Shown here in pieces: positions 25,777 through 39,163 of a stretch of DNA of 64,000 nucleotides (positions are counted from its first letter, which is position 1; every line of letters begins with the position of its first letter). The notes beneath the pieces were generated by a model, which did not search any database, was not told where the DNA came from, and saw only the letters and a program-made list of their open reading frames with translations. Origin of the DNA: Antedon mediterranea (lineage: Eukaryota > Animalia > Echinodermata); contig NC_092675.1 of NCBI RefSeq assembly GCF_964355755.1, positions 28,802,912 to 28,866,911 on the forward strand. The letters are read 5' to 3'. The translations under genes and the position numbers were made by a program.

Positions 25777-28231
25777 AAAGAGAAAAATATATTACATGTA
25801 AATAATGACTAACAACATGGAAGAGAAAAGGTTTGAGAAGAAAACAGGGAAGGTTATGGCGAGTTGAAAAGTGTGTATATTCAAGGTTTTTACTTATTAT
25901 CTTCTGTTTCTTCTTCTATAGTACTTCTACAACATGCTAAACTGTCATACACTGAGCATGCTCAGTATGCAGAGTATAAAGATGGCACTTAGTATGCATT
26001 ATATAAGATCCAGTCAAGAACCATATAAAATTGCATATCCTACCGATGAATAAAAGGTAAATTCAAGAAGCTAACGACCTCAATTACTATTCAACGATTC
26101 ACATCAATCCGTTGTTTAATTACAGAATTGATTTTGGTTTTATTTATTCCGCTACGCTAAATACCAGTTGATTATAGAATAGAAACATCCTCAATTGGAA
26201 TCAAGATTTGCTTCAACGTTTCCAAACGACTGAACAGCTACAGACTTACCAGGTGCGGTTCAAATTCGATATTGTCAAGTTTCCAAATTAAATATTTCCG
26301 CTAGCTTTTTTTTTTTACTTCTACATGTTGTATAATTAGTTAAATTGCTGTTGGTATCTAATTGTTGAAGTTTAATAATTTAAAGAGGCATGTGAAATAT
26401 AACAGTTAAAACACTTAGATTGCCTACAGTATATAAGACACAGAGACACAGAGTCTGTGAAAAAGACTATTAAAGTATGCACTGTAAATAATATAATGGA
26501 AATCCATGTAATAATACTTGGATATGATTAAAATTGAAATTATTCTTGGAAAAATACCTGCATAAATTCATCCAAGTAGCAAATGTCATGACTTGTGCAG
26601 TGAATTGTAAAATGGGTAGAAAGAAGTTGTTAAGGAAATAAACACTAATATAATATCTAAGAATATTGACCATAAAATATAAATTTTAAACTAAAACATC
26701 AATTTTACAGTATAGCATGCATGACAAATAAATACCGTTTAATCCGCAGTTAAAAATATACATATCAATAAAAATATTGTTAATGTTTTTAAAATTCTAA
26801 AGCAAGAATTTGAGTGTTATAGATGTAAATTGTAAAATAAACAGTAAGATAATCGCAATACAAATTGACATTTTTTTGTAAATTACTAAAATATTTGACA
26901 TTAAAATACTGAAATGAATAAAGCTTGTATTATTTAAAAATAATTTTTTTCTTTATTTATTCAATGTACAGGCAAAGAGATAAAAAAAAATTCTCACTAA
27001 AACAAAAAGGCTGAAAAGTAGAGTAGAGTAACCAAGTAGAGTAGAGTAACCAAGGGGACGACGAACCAATCATTCAGTGTGTTTTACCATCACCCTCTCC
27101 TTTCTTCCATTTATTCCATCATATTATTTACCGTAATAGGTTATGTCACTTTTTTTTTGGCTTTATTTATTTGTGTGTGGGGGGGGGGGGGGGGAGTTAT
27201 TTTAGTGAGATTTATTTTACTCAATTTATGGCGCAACTAAAATATCGCAATAAAAAATCAACACAATGCTGGTACCCAGTATTAATGTTTAACCAAGTAC
27301 TGTACGATACAAGTACAGAAAGAAGATAATTGACTAGAAGATGGATATTAAACTTGCACTAATGTGATCATTAATATAATGTAATATGAACGAATTGATT
27401 TTGCTTGTAATATACGCACCAATACCCTTGCTTATCATTGATTTGTCAACAACCCTAAGCATGCCGTTTTTTATCTTGTTATTCGCTAATTAAATTTTCT
27501 CATTAAAATCAAATTCCCTGTGTTGTTTATTAGTCTATAGTATCTATCAAGTTGTTTTTTCTATAAAAAAAATTCTTAAAATCGATTTGCTATAAATTTC
27601 ATATTATATATTACGAAAAAAGAAAAAAAAAGAAATTGGTTTTGGGAAAAATCAGTTATATTTGTTCATGTATGGATCTACATTCGTATTATTATCAAAT
27701 AACAGGAGAAACAAAAATTTTTAAATAACAAATTTATTTATTTAATTATGGTCTTATTAGCCCAAATTATTTTACTTGTTTTGTAATAGTTGAATTGAAG
27801 GTCATTACCCTATTTCTGTTGTGGTAGCTTTTGTTACCACTTTGTTTATGTGTGCCTACTGTATGTGATCTGTGATATACAGTTTCTTTCTGCATGTTTC
27901 AGCCACAATAACAATGCATAACTTATTAGTCAGTGATTAGGAATGTGAATTAATATTTAAACAGCTTTACAAAAAAATTCAATGCCAACTGTTTTTTTAT
28001 GGTGCGATTTCAGATTTTATGCCAAAAAACAATGCTTTTGATTTTGAATTGTTCATATCATTTCTTATTCTTTTATTATCGATATTATAATTGAAATAAC
28101 TTTAAAACTTTCCAAAATACTGTACTGTAGTAAACTCATAATGAAGGCCCTTGTTGAGTTTTTCTTATCAATCCGGTATACATAAAATCTACATAAAATC
28201 ATATATTTCCATTGTCTAAATATAAACTTAC

Positions 28232-28507
28232 CTGCATAAATTGTTAACGTAGCACTGGTTGTAACTGACCCTTCTTCGTTGCTAGCAGTACATTTAAACT
28301 CGGCTTGATCTCTCGGGTTACGAATTCGGTAAATTCTCAACAGAGACCCACCAGTCAACTCTTTTATTTCGTAACGGTCGTTGGTAGCTTTCTTTGAGTT
28401 CTTGGACCAAGAATACTCGGTGGCGCCAGTGGCTTCGCATATAAAAATGATAGTGGAACCTTCCATGACAGATTCATCACGTAATGCCGTTGTGATCACC
28501 GGTAATT
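28232..28507 (-). CDS. Lar: LAR-family RPTP exon encoding Ig domain 1 (276 nt, phase 1-1)
   Basis: Acceptor ttatcgttacag, donor G|gtaagt. Translation LPVITTALRDESVMEGSTIIFICEATG..W.K..KK..NDRYEIKELTGGSLLRIYRIRNPRDQAEFKCTASNEEG resembles LAR Ig1 (FICQATG, KKGKK loop, [24 protein letters not shown]). Confidence 0.93.
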
Positions 28508-28580
28508 CTGTAACGATAAAGTTATTAAAATGAAATTGAAGGTTTTGTAATATAGCCAGTAATATGCAGACTCTATCTTC

Positions 28581-28900
28581 TTTGTTTTGTTTGTTTTATT
28601 TGTTTTATCTTTATACTGGGTGACCTCTTCAATCAAAGACTGATCTCCCAGAGGGCCCAGTTGGTGATCAGTGGCTGTGATGTACTAATACACCGGGGTA
28701 ACCCCCTACTCGTCTCGAAAGATTCTTTAAAGTGCACACGAGCAAGTTGTGTACACTGGGCCTACGGTTTATAGTCCTTATCCGAGAAGACTCGTTCTAC
28801 CACCAGAACCATGGAGTGAGTGAGCCTCGAACCCCTGCCGATGTTATGGCTACGTGATTACGGTTCCACTGTCTTAACCGCTCGGCCACTCACTCACTCT
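28581..28900 (-). mobile_element. tRNA-derived SINE with Deu/Nin-type central domain
   Basis: A box TGGCCGAGCGG (28878-28888), B box GGTTCGAGGC (28824-28833), 11-bp acceptor-stem-like pairing. Core GGATAAGGACTATAAACCGTAGG..TTAAAGA..GAGTAGGGGGTTACCCCGGTGT resembles the Deu domain as I recall it. (AAAC/AAAT)n tail. Confidence 0.85.
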
Positions 28901-31516
28901 GAAGAGTACAAGACTTAAGATTTCATTTTTATACGATACGCAATAATATATTCTTAAGATTTGATAATGATAGAGTAAACGAATGGATTCAGAAGTTTAC
29001 TATGGACACATATGCTACCCTTTTACAAATATAATTATGATTTGTCTTTTTATTATTTTTGTTATATTATATGTTAAAAATCCTGGATCCACCCCTTTAT
29101 AATACACAATCTTTGTTTTATCCTTTATTATTGTTTTTTGGGTTTTTTTTTTTACCAAAAAGTCCTTGTGTGGTCTATTTTAAATTGTGGGTGCCATTTT
29201 TCATGGCCTTTGGGTCTGTTTTCAGTTTTGCCTCATTGCATCTGCCCATAGCAATTACTCTAGCCTAGTTTCTTCAAAATTACTCGCAGAGTGTGGCCAT
29301 GTACACCAGGTGGTCTATTTTTAGATCATGGCCCATGAAAATAGCAAGCAATAAGAATATGAATGTCCAACAGAGATTTATATGGCCATCCAGTTGTCAA
29401 CGCATCCGGTGATTCTTTTAATCCAAGGCGAACGAAGTGACTTTAGATAAGTGGAATTTAGAGGCACAGCAGGGAAGGATGGAATCGGGTGAAATCAGGG
29501 ACGGTGATGATCAAAGGCTTAGAGGCTAGCCTGCCGCTACGATTAAATTGTCTTTGTCAGGCCTTGATGAAATCATACCAGGACAAGCACAGCACCAATT
29601 GGCTCAATATCACATACAGGCAATCATCATAGTTTCTTTTAATAACTGAACCTCCTACATATTATTGTATACCTTCCAACTCTGACTTATAAAGTTCAGA
29701 AGTTGATTTTTAATAACCAATACATCTTTAAAATCAATCTAAATATACTGAATACTAAGAAAAATAAAATGACAGACCTATTAATTACAAATTATAACAT
29801 TTAAATAGCTAAATCATCAACATCATTCTGTATTACAGAAAATTGAACCTACTGTAAATAAGCAGTAGCATTGCATTTTAGTATTATAGTACTTTTTTTA
29901 AATTATTTAATTATTAATAATTATTATTTTACTCTCCTATTTTCGTTAAGAACTATACAGACAGTTGGTTCATTTTTCATCAAAGAAATAAGATGAAAAA
30001 AATGTCAATATTAACCCATTACAAAACTTGCATCAATCATATCAATGAAAACCATATATTTCTAGTCTTCAAAAATCACACTACTGTACAATTTTTTAAA
30101 AAACCAATGAACTTCATTTAACATATAAGATGGTTACTTAGTAATGATAATTAAGTCTGGTATAACGATAACATTGTATGCAAAGCACTTAAACACAAAA
30201 ACTGTGTACTTCTGGACCCTTATGATGTTGGCATTATGATATGAATTATGATATTGCGTATACTGTATAAGTTTTAATCTTTCATCCTGATTGTGAAATG
30301 TATGCGACTATCAGATAAACGAATGTGGGGGGTTTCTTCTGTGTTTATTCGTTGACGCAATTTTCGGTATTTAAAAATTCACAAAAACCAAGCAAGGTAC
30401 CTCAACCAAGAAACTTGAATTTCCACCCTAAGCCATTCTCACACCATACAATACAAGGTACATTATCAAGTATTTTTTTCTTCAATGAATTTATCTACTT
30501 TTCTCTTCACAACATTAAACACCAAAGTATTTAGTCAACTATACAATACAAAATAAACATCACGAAACACCCATTTTGTTTTGTTGTCTACTGAATTTCA
30601 GAATGTCAACAGTTTTCAAGAAATGTGTAGGTTGAATTTTAAAAAGCGTTACGACTTAGGCTGTTTGTTTGACCGTGGTAAGCTAATATTTAACATCATG
30701 TGTAACTAGGCTTGTAGCTATGCTTTCATAATACCCTTTTTGTCATGCAACCCATCAGATTAAAAACATTGAGACATGATAGTATTCAAATCATTCACCT
30801 TGGGTATTGCAGTTGAAAGAAAATGACAAATAATGCGGCTGAAGCATACGTATGCTAAGGTGTGTTCTGTTGATGATTTGCCTTGTGTGTTCTTTTGACA
30901 TTTCCTTTGTGCGATAACATTTAACAACTATCATACCACCTACTGTGCCCGACACTAATTGCAGATATGGAAAGTTGCCATATAATCATATTGATACTAT
31001 AGTAAACAAATCATAGGCACCCTTTACCCTCTCAAGCACTTCTCTCAGTCCTTCCCTACACCCCAACCCCCAAACTTATGTACTGCTATTAATTCCTCAT
31101 GCAATTTTGTCACCATTTCAAACGCTTTTACGGAAAATAAATTATGCTGAAAGATAGGGATGCTCAACTGTAAATGTATCCTCATTTCAGAGAGACGGGC
31201 ACAAAATGGACTATTAAAACTTATTTAATGAATGTTTCTATCATTTTTTTAAATATGAAACTAAAAAATATTAATATAACCATAAAGATTAAAATTCTTC
31301 TTTATATTGATAGATATGATTTTAAAAATAAAACATATCCAGTATCCGCTTTGAGCATAATGGATATCACTTGTAATCTGATGATGCATAGTCAAGATTT
31401 GTTTATACAATCAAACATTTATTCCATTTTTTTAAACATGATCCTCTTTATAGAATGACCTAAATTTGACCTGCCATCAAAAAGCGAATTTGAGTAACAA
31501 ATTGTATTTCGCGACT

Positions 31517-31658
31517 AAACTAATTTGACAAAAAAAGGTGTGATGTGCTCAAATATGGTAGTGATATGCCCAAACATGGTAGTGTTATGACATAATCATG
31601 TCCATACGGGCACATCACATTTTTTTGTCGCATAAAGCTTAATAATGTAGACAGAGCT
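31517..31658. mobile_element. MITE family A
   Basis: Internal motifs and right TIR followed by taa. Confidence 0.8.
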
Positions 31659-32862
31659 TAAGGAACATGAACATCGCCATCGTACATTCACGTCTACAAA
31701 CCAATCAAGTGGAGGCTTCTCATCTATGTCCCGATAGACACCAGAAAATCCACATCAACTTTTTTTCACACAATAGATAGAAATTTTAATTTGATTCTTT
31801 CAAATTTGTTGTTTAATATTTCATCTAAATGATGTAGTTTTGCATGTTGATATTTCAGTAAAGAATCTTTAATCGCATTGCCTAACTTAGATTTAAAGAT
31901 AATGTACAACAAGCTATAGATATATTTGTCAGCAGGGACTTAACTTTCATATTAATATTGTCAGACACATTATAAAAGAACTTTGATATAGATGTATACA
32001 TCTGATTGCATACTTGTATATTAAGAAAATTCTGCTTTCTGACATTCTTTTCTAGATATATTTTTTGCGCTGCTTCTTTGAATGACAGATAGTTTTAATG
32101 AGAAGATTGTTAATTATATTATAAATACACTCAATTTAGTCTCATTTAGTCGTTGAATTGAGTTTGGTTTCGTGCGACCTTCACTGAACAATGCCAGGAG
32201 GAATTTGATAATGGACTTTTCGTCTTTGCACATACATAATGTTCAAGCTGGTCGTCTCAGAGAGGGGTTAAGATGCTAACACCTGATATGACATTCAAAT
32301 AGAATATTACAATGTTCTTATTAGGAATGCCATTCGTTGCTAGGCAAAGAATATGGAGACCACATTATGAACATATGACATTAACTAGAAGAGAGAGTTT
32401 ATAAAATACAAGGTTTATGGTAAGAAATATTTATCATGTTCGTCACTGCAGGCTTCTGCAGCTCATTTTTTTAAATCATAATGGAACAATATTTATTTTC
32501 CTAATTGATTTGCCCACAAGCAAAATCTAAGCAAATATTATTTTACAATGTTTTTTGAAATATTGTTATGTTTGGGAATTAATTTTTAATGCAAAAATGA
32601 GACAAAAAGTGAGACAAACAAAGTGAAACCCCAAAATACAGTTAACAGTAAAATGGGAATATTACGCCATAATTCCACAGTAGCTTGAACACAGCCAGAG
32701 ACACTAAGAAAGGTTTTGCTGTTAGTGACATATTTTATTAATTAAAAATATTGCAAATATATCTTCTTGAATATTGTAATCATATCCAGCATATAGCTCA
32801 GTAACAAAAAACAAATTCTTCTGAGATTGAAACTGAGCTCGCTATTGTACGAGCAAGTGTAA

Positions 32863-33010
32863 AGCTCTGTCTATACTATCAAACTAGTTTGACAAAAAAG
32901 GGTTTGATGTGCCCAAATATGGTAGTGAAATGCCCTAATATGATAGTGATATGACATCATCATGTCCATATCTGGGCACATTACATTATTTTGTCACGTA
33001 AAGTTTGAGC
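32863..33010. mobile_element. MITE family A
   Basis: Left TIR preceded by taa, internal motifs. Confidence 0.8.
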
Positions 33011-33673
33011 CTAATAATTTTAAGGTAGATATAGGGCATCAACAGTAGTTGGAGCGATCCATTAACAATGATGATGAAAAACATGAAATTAGTTGATGTA
33101 CCTGCCAAGCGATTGTAACGCTCCAATTAACAGCATCATGCAATAAATACACACCTTTATTGTTGAGTAAACGAGTGGAAGAGTTTGCCTGAGCGTCAAT
33201 TGATTGCCAATTTCGACTCTTTACATCGGTTAGATCTCAGATGTTGTGGCTAATGAAGCGAATATTACCCTAGTACTATTGACATGTTGCTACATTGTTA
33301 TACACCTCACCGATATTTTCCATTATTTTTAGAACATTCTGCTAGGTTTTGTTATCCCGATTGATTCTCATCGAACCATGTGACGCATTAGACAAACATT
33401 TATTCTGGTTGAATGTTCAACATACATTTGTTTATTATTATCTGTTTTACTCAACAAATTTCAATCATCTCACCCAGGTCTTGACACGCCTTTGTAACAT
33501 CTTCATTTATTTGTCGTCCTAAATATTCCAACTTACTTCCAGCACGATGAGCTCATTATAAAATAAGAATATGGACATGGAATATGGATAATCATAATCA
33601 TTTTCCTCATCAATTTTCAAGAATTATAATGTAAATTTCAGACTATTGAGTGCAAATATAATTTTAGTATAAT

Positions 33674-33793
33674 ATTATATGTGAACATAGTATCTCTGAT
33701 TAGTTTTACTGTTTAGGATTGTATTATTATGTGTGAACATGCATCTGATTAGTTTTACTGTGTAGGATTGTATTATGTGTGAACATGCATCTG
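33674..33793. repeat. About 45-50-bp tandem repeat, 2.5 copies
   Basis: Repeated tgtgaacat..atctgattagttttactgt.taggattgtattat. Confidence 0.8.
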
Positions 33794-34286
33794 TACAAGA
33801 TTGGTAATACTTTACAGATGATAATGAGATGTTCTGTATAACATTTTCTTTCTGCTCATTTCATGGGTTATTCCATTTAGTTTATGGGAAATTATATTAA
33901 TTATTGATAGAAAAGTTACCAATAATTCGTGTAAATTAATAGTAAGTTAGATGTAATTAATTTTGAGATAATTTTCTAACAACATTAAAAACTTCGTAAT
34001 CTATTATTTTTTATCCAAGGTTGGCAATACCTTAAATTCAATCAATAAGTGAGCCATAGTATTTTATACAATGTTTTTTTTTCAGGGTGTCGAAGAGCAT
34101 TGCACACAAAATAAATTAGGCTAACAATTACTTTCATGTTCATAATTCTGTTGTAAAGCAAATAAAGAATTAAGATAGCCTGGGGGAACCAGGAAAACAT
34201 ACAACATTGTGAAGATAAGACATCTTTTTGCTCTTGGGGTTTGTTTATGTTCAGGCACGCATGTGGAATATGCTCCCGCGAGTAGA

Positions 34287-35195
34287 ACATGTACTCATGA
34301 GCAACTCAAGACATGTGAACATGCACCCATGAACAACCCAAGACATGTGAACATGTACTCATGAGAAACTCAATGCATGTGAACACGTACCCATGAGCAT
34401 TTCAATGCATGTGAACATGTGCTCGTGAGAACTCAATGCATGTGAACAGGTACTCATAAGCAACCCAAGACCTGTGAACATGTACAGTACCTATGAACAA
34501 CCCAAGACATGTGAACAGGTACTCATGAGCAACCCAAGACCTGTGAACATGTACCCATGAGCAACCCAAGACCTGTGAACATGTACAGTACCTATGAACA
34601 ACCCAAGACATGTGAACAGGTACTCATGAGCAACCCAAGACCTGTGAACATGTACCCATGAACAACCCAAGACATGTGAACATGTGCTCATGAGAAACTC
34701 AATGCATGTGAACAGGTACTCATAAGCAACCAAAGACCTGTGAACACGTACCTATGAACAACCCAAGACATGTGAACATGTACTCATGAGAAACTCAATG
34801 CATGTAAACATGTACTCATGAGCAACCCAAGGCATGTGAACATGTGCTCGTGAGAACTCAATGCATGTGAACAGGTACTCATAAGCAACCAAAGACCTGT
34901 GAACACGTACCTATGAACAACCCAAGACATGTGAACATGTACTCATGAGAAACTCAATGCATGTAAACATGTACTCATGAGCAACCCAAGGCATGTGAAC
35001 ATGTGCTCGTGAGAACTCAATGCATGTGAACAGGTACTCATGAGCAACCCAAGACCTGTGAACACGTACCTATGAACAACCCAAGACATGTGAACATGTA
35101 CTCATGAGAAACTCAATGCGTAAACATGTACTCATGAGCAACCCAAGGCATGTGAACATGTACTCATGAGCAACCCAACCCATGTGAACATGTAC
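34287..35195. repeat. Minisatellite, 32-bp unit, about 28 copies, with higher-order repeats
   Basis: Unit ACATGTACTCATGAGCAACCCAAGACATGTGA. 159-bp five-unit block recurs at 34711, 34870, 35029. Confidence 0.95.
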
Positions 35196-36404
35196 TGTAC
35201 AGTAGTACAATGCCGAATTAATATAAGTAAATAACAACAAATGAACACATGAACTGAATTTATTTTGTCTTTGTAATGTTTTTCTGTTGCTTACTTCTTA
35301 TATCCTATTATTACCAGACTTAAAGGAATGGTGCAAAAAGTTTATCAAATTATTTGTGCACTATACTCATAGTTCGACTACTGTAGCAATTCATATAAAC
35401 GTCAGCATGAGAAGTTAGGCAAACTAAACTCTAATCATAATAATAATTATTGAAGTCTAAATACCAACATAAACCAATTACGTTGTAATATATTCATGAT
35501 GGTATGGATTGAACGATTATATTAATTCAAGAAATTTCCTAATAGAATTTCATTTATAGGCTTCCATCTGATAAGCATATCTCCTAAAGCGTTCAATTAT
35601 TCTACTAATGTTGAAGGGCATATTTTGTTTTTATTACCAATTTGTACACTGTTTCTTTAATTATATAGTTTCAATTAAATTGCAAATGTGATGATACAAG
35701 TACTGATTTTTATCAAAGGTAATTATTTATTGGTAAATTACTGGTAGGTAGTGTGAACTATTATTAAAAGAAACACTAATAGAATATTTTCCAACTGTAC
35801 TGATTGTAAATATACAGTAATCATTAAATAAGCAGCTAATTCCACAATAGTTAAGTTTGGGTGTAATAAGTGAGTGGAGTTACTTGTTGCCTACCAAGTA
35901 GGTCTGCATAAAAGTTTATCAAACTCAAATTAAATCTTATTCTCAGTTTAATCTGGTACTCTTTATAATGTATTGTTATGATATTCTGTACGCAATTTGG
36001 ACATTCGAAATGAAACAAGTGAAATCTATCAATTTCTTAACAAATATTCTGAATCACTCATGTAATTACCAAAGTATGATGCTACTTTAAACTACAAGAC
36101 TTCTTGCATCAATCTCGGCTTCATTAGTTCGACACGCCATTATGACCTAGCTGTCAGCTAGTCTAACATCCCCAAAGGGACCATGCGGAATTAGATGACC
36201 AAATCTGGACACCTAAATGAAATAAATTTTACATGCTGACAGCAAAAAGCTGGATGTAACTGCATGACTAGACTTCAGCTGTGTAAAGCATTTTATTACC
36301 ACAAAACATATTGATATATTAACAAAAATACAGTAACCATATTCAGATTTTCTAACATTTTAAATGTAATGCATAGACATAGCCGTGACTCACTCATAGT
36401 TTCA

Positions 36405-36640
36405 GTGTACACTAAATGCTCATGTGCTCTTTAAAGAACCTAGTACATCTTTCAAGACGAGTAGAGGGTTACCCAGGTGTACTAGTTCAAGCACAGCCAC
36501 TGTCATGGACAAGCGAGTGTTAGAACTAGCCACACACTGACATGACTTTAGGGGAGAATCATTTAGTTGAAAAGTTGAATAACAGACCACAACGGCATGA
36601 GCAATGATTGTTGGAAAGGCGCTATATGCAAATTAATATT
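36405..36640 (+). mobile_element. 5'-truncated Deu/Nin-domain SINE with L2-type tail
   Basis: Core aligns with the 28.6-28.9 kb SINE; ends CATGAGCAATGATTGTTGGAAAGGCGCTATAT. Confidence 0.75.
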
Positions 36641-37588
36641 ATTAAATATTATCCAATTTTACCGTCTATACCCAACTTGTCAATTTTTAATGACATCATT
36701 ACAGTTCACCATTGCACTCTATTCTCCATGGAGTTCTGTTCGAATCCTATAAGGTGTCATTAAAATAAATTGGTCAACAAAAAAGAAAGCTCAAACAATT
36801 TATTATCTCTTGAATTCCGTTTCTTAGTCAAAATATTTCATAAGAATAAGCTTTTTAAAATGTCATGAGAGTATACTGTGTCTCAATGAGAAACAATGTA
36901 ATTTGCTTTCTTCATCAATGACGCCTAGTGTTTGAACAAGACTTAGTGTAGCCTTGGATACTGCACATCACGTACCAACTACAGTGATCAAACAGGCTTG
37001 TCGCATAATAATGTATTTATTTATACTAATGTAAAGATTTTTAATATCTGATTATTGGGCTTACTCAGCTTTTAGGCTTGGTAAATATTAATATATTTGA
37101 ATATTGTGGAGGAAATGCTGGTAAATTTTAATATCATGAATTAATCAATATTATAATGAGGCAGTGAAAATAAAAGATTCCAAAATTAATTTGTATAGAA
37201 ATATATTCTCTTACAAGTATTTATCTTATATAGTATAGTGAAACCTTATGAGCATGCTCACTGCCAAATGTTGAATTTCTAGATGCAAAGGAATTACTCG
37301 TCCTCCTATGCTGATCTTTTCCCAAGAGTTCATGACAGAGTTGATATTTTTATCGCCATTTCTTGTTTTTCTTTAAGGGACTAACGTGAAAAGACGTTTT
37401 ATCTTCTAGTTTTAAGTTCTTTATCGGTGTTTCTCTCTTAAGTTATGTAAATTTCTATTGTTTTACATTTGATAAAATAAATTGAACATAATACACTTTG
37501 AAACAAAGAATATACCTTAAGAAATTTGTATGTAGATTTAATACAACTATTAGCATAGTTGAGAATTCATCCACATACAAAGGTTTAA

Positions 37589-37716
37589 AGCTATGTCTAC
37601 ATGATGACATGATGATGTCATAGCAGTACTACAGTATATTTGGGCATATCACTACCATATTTGGGCACATCACATATTTTTTTGTCAAACTAGCTTGATA
37701 GTGCTGTAGACTGAGC
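37589..37716. mobile_element. MITE family A, degenerate
   Basis: Both degenerate TIRs. Confidence 0.75.
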
Positions 37717-38153
37717 TTAACAAAGAAATTACTGGAGAAAATGGTAAAATGTAAAGAACAGTAGCACAGATTTGCAGAGGAAAAGCTGAGGAAGTGAATA
37801 ACAAAAGATTGTGGAAATAAAGTCATCTTCAATAGAAATAAAATCTTTATGATTGCCTTCATAAATTTATTCAAAATGAATTTTAAATCACGCTAATATT
37901 CACTCCTTCGAGATTTTCACTAGCATTTATATATAATTGTATTATGCATGACAGTTCTTCTCGTCAACAAATTCTTCTTTTTTTTTGGCTCAATTTCATT
38001 CTGATAGGCGTCAAAGCAAGTCGGTGTAAAATTTACCATAATTACAGTAATAATTAATGGTAATTGAACAACATCACACAGAGAAAACTTTGTATACCAC
38101 TTTTTTATACTTTAACTTCATATAGCTTTATACAGTCAACTCTTTCTCTCTTT

Positions 38154-38907
38154 GGTCGTGTTTATACAACACCCTAAATTTGAACACGGCTTTAATTTTT
38201 AGCGTGTTGTTCGGACCGAGGTCAACCCACCTTAACGTTTGCTGTTATACTAGAAATCACGATACCGTGTTATACCGGAAGTTTCATCAACACGCAGTGC
38301 ATGCTAGGATAAAAGGTCAAATTGTTGATCGCGCTTGAATTGGCTGAGTTGTCAACAATCATCGTCGCCTCCTCGCTGTCCGATGTATTCGCGCGGTTTT
38401 TACCATTTTCATTATATTGTATTCGTTCACGTTTGCATTGTTGTTTATTTTGTTCTCGGTTCATTTAAATTAATAAAAGTTATTTTAAGGGTTTCATTGT
38501 TTCATCTATACACTATGGAAGAAGATGCCATTTTTGCGATGTTATTTTTTTTATTCTGTTTGGAGTGGGAAACGATAGAGGCCTACTACCACTACGAGTT
38601 GGCCCCACTAGGCTAGGCGTAAGACGTGGTAGGAGGATGATTGCTGGCAGCGAAGCAGCAATAAATGGGCCCAATCTTGTTAGCAATGATTGATATTACG
38701 ACCTGTTTTAACGAGAGGTCAAAATATACCCTGAGGACACTTCCAACACGGTAACGGCGACCGGGAATCCACCAAATTTTAGGATTCAGCCAAGTAGCCT
38801 TTTTTGCAATTAAAATCTCATTACACGGAATCTCTTTGTTGTTATACAACACACTTTTCGTAGGCGTGTAGAATATGCGTGTAATAGCGTGTTGTATAAA
38901 CGCGCCC
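38154..38907. mobile_element. Non-autonomous DNA transposon (Harbinger-like), 754 bp
   Basis: Imperfect ~25-bp TIR GGTCGTGTTTATACAACAC / GTGTTGTATAAACGCGCCC, ttt on both flanks, CpG-rich interior. Confidence 0.7.
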
Positions 38908-39090
38908 TTTCTTTGAAAACTGGAAAATATTTTTTTAGGACCATTTTACCATTAAAAACGCATTCTGAATATTTGTGTTAGAACAAGAAGGAAAATATGA
39001 GAGAAACCGGAGATGTTGATATGTTTATGTGAAAATTATTTAAATGGTTTTGTGATTTTTCATTGGTGTTCGACAATAGGGACTACTCAC

Positions 39091-39163
39091 CTGCATTGTT
39101 AACTGCAACAAAGCAAGACAATAGAAACAGGTAGACAATGGATAATGAATAGAAATGGTCCAT
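39091..39163 (-). CDS. Lar: LAR-family receptor protein tyrosine phosphatase, first coding exon (signal peptide MDHFYSLSIVYLFLLSCFVAVNNA); whole exon 39091-39245 including 5'UTR
   Basis: Strong acceptor ttcttttcttcttacag at 39246. In-frame TAG 24 nt upstream of a Kozak-like GCAGCAATGG. 24 codons with a hydrophobic core ending in Ala, then phase-1 donor G|gtgagt that joins in frame to the Ig1 exon (G+AA=Glu). Not in the ORF track. Confidence 0.88.

Noticed and set aside
26245-26300. Strong donor CTG|gtaagt in the Ig1-Ig2 intron
   Set aside because: No credible acceptor upstream (A-rich on the sense strand).
27179-27194. Poly-G runs (also 59819-59835) as G-quadruplex elements
   Set aside because: Simple homopolymers, one inside a MITE; no supporting context.
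28814-28899. tRNA gene
   Set aside because: tRNA-like head continues into a SINE body and tail, and the anticodon/variable region is not canonical.
34287-35195. CRISPR-like array or protein-coding ORFs (34402-34733)
   Set aside because: Contiguous tandem units with no unique spacers, no cas genes, eukaryotic intron context. The ORFs are translations of the repeat.
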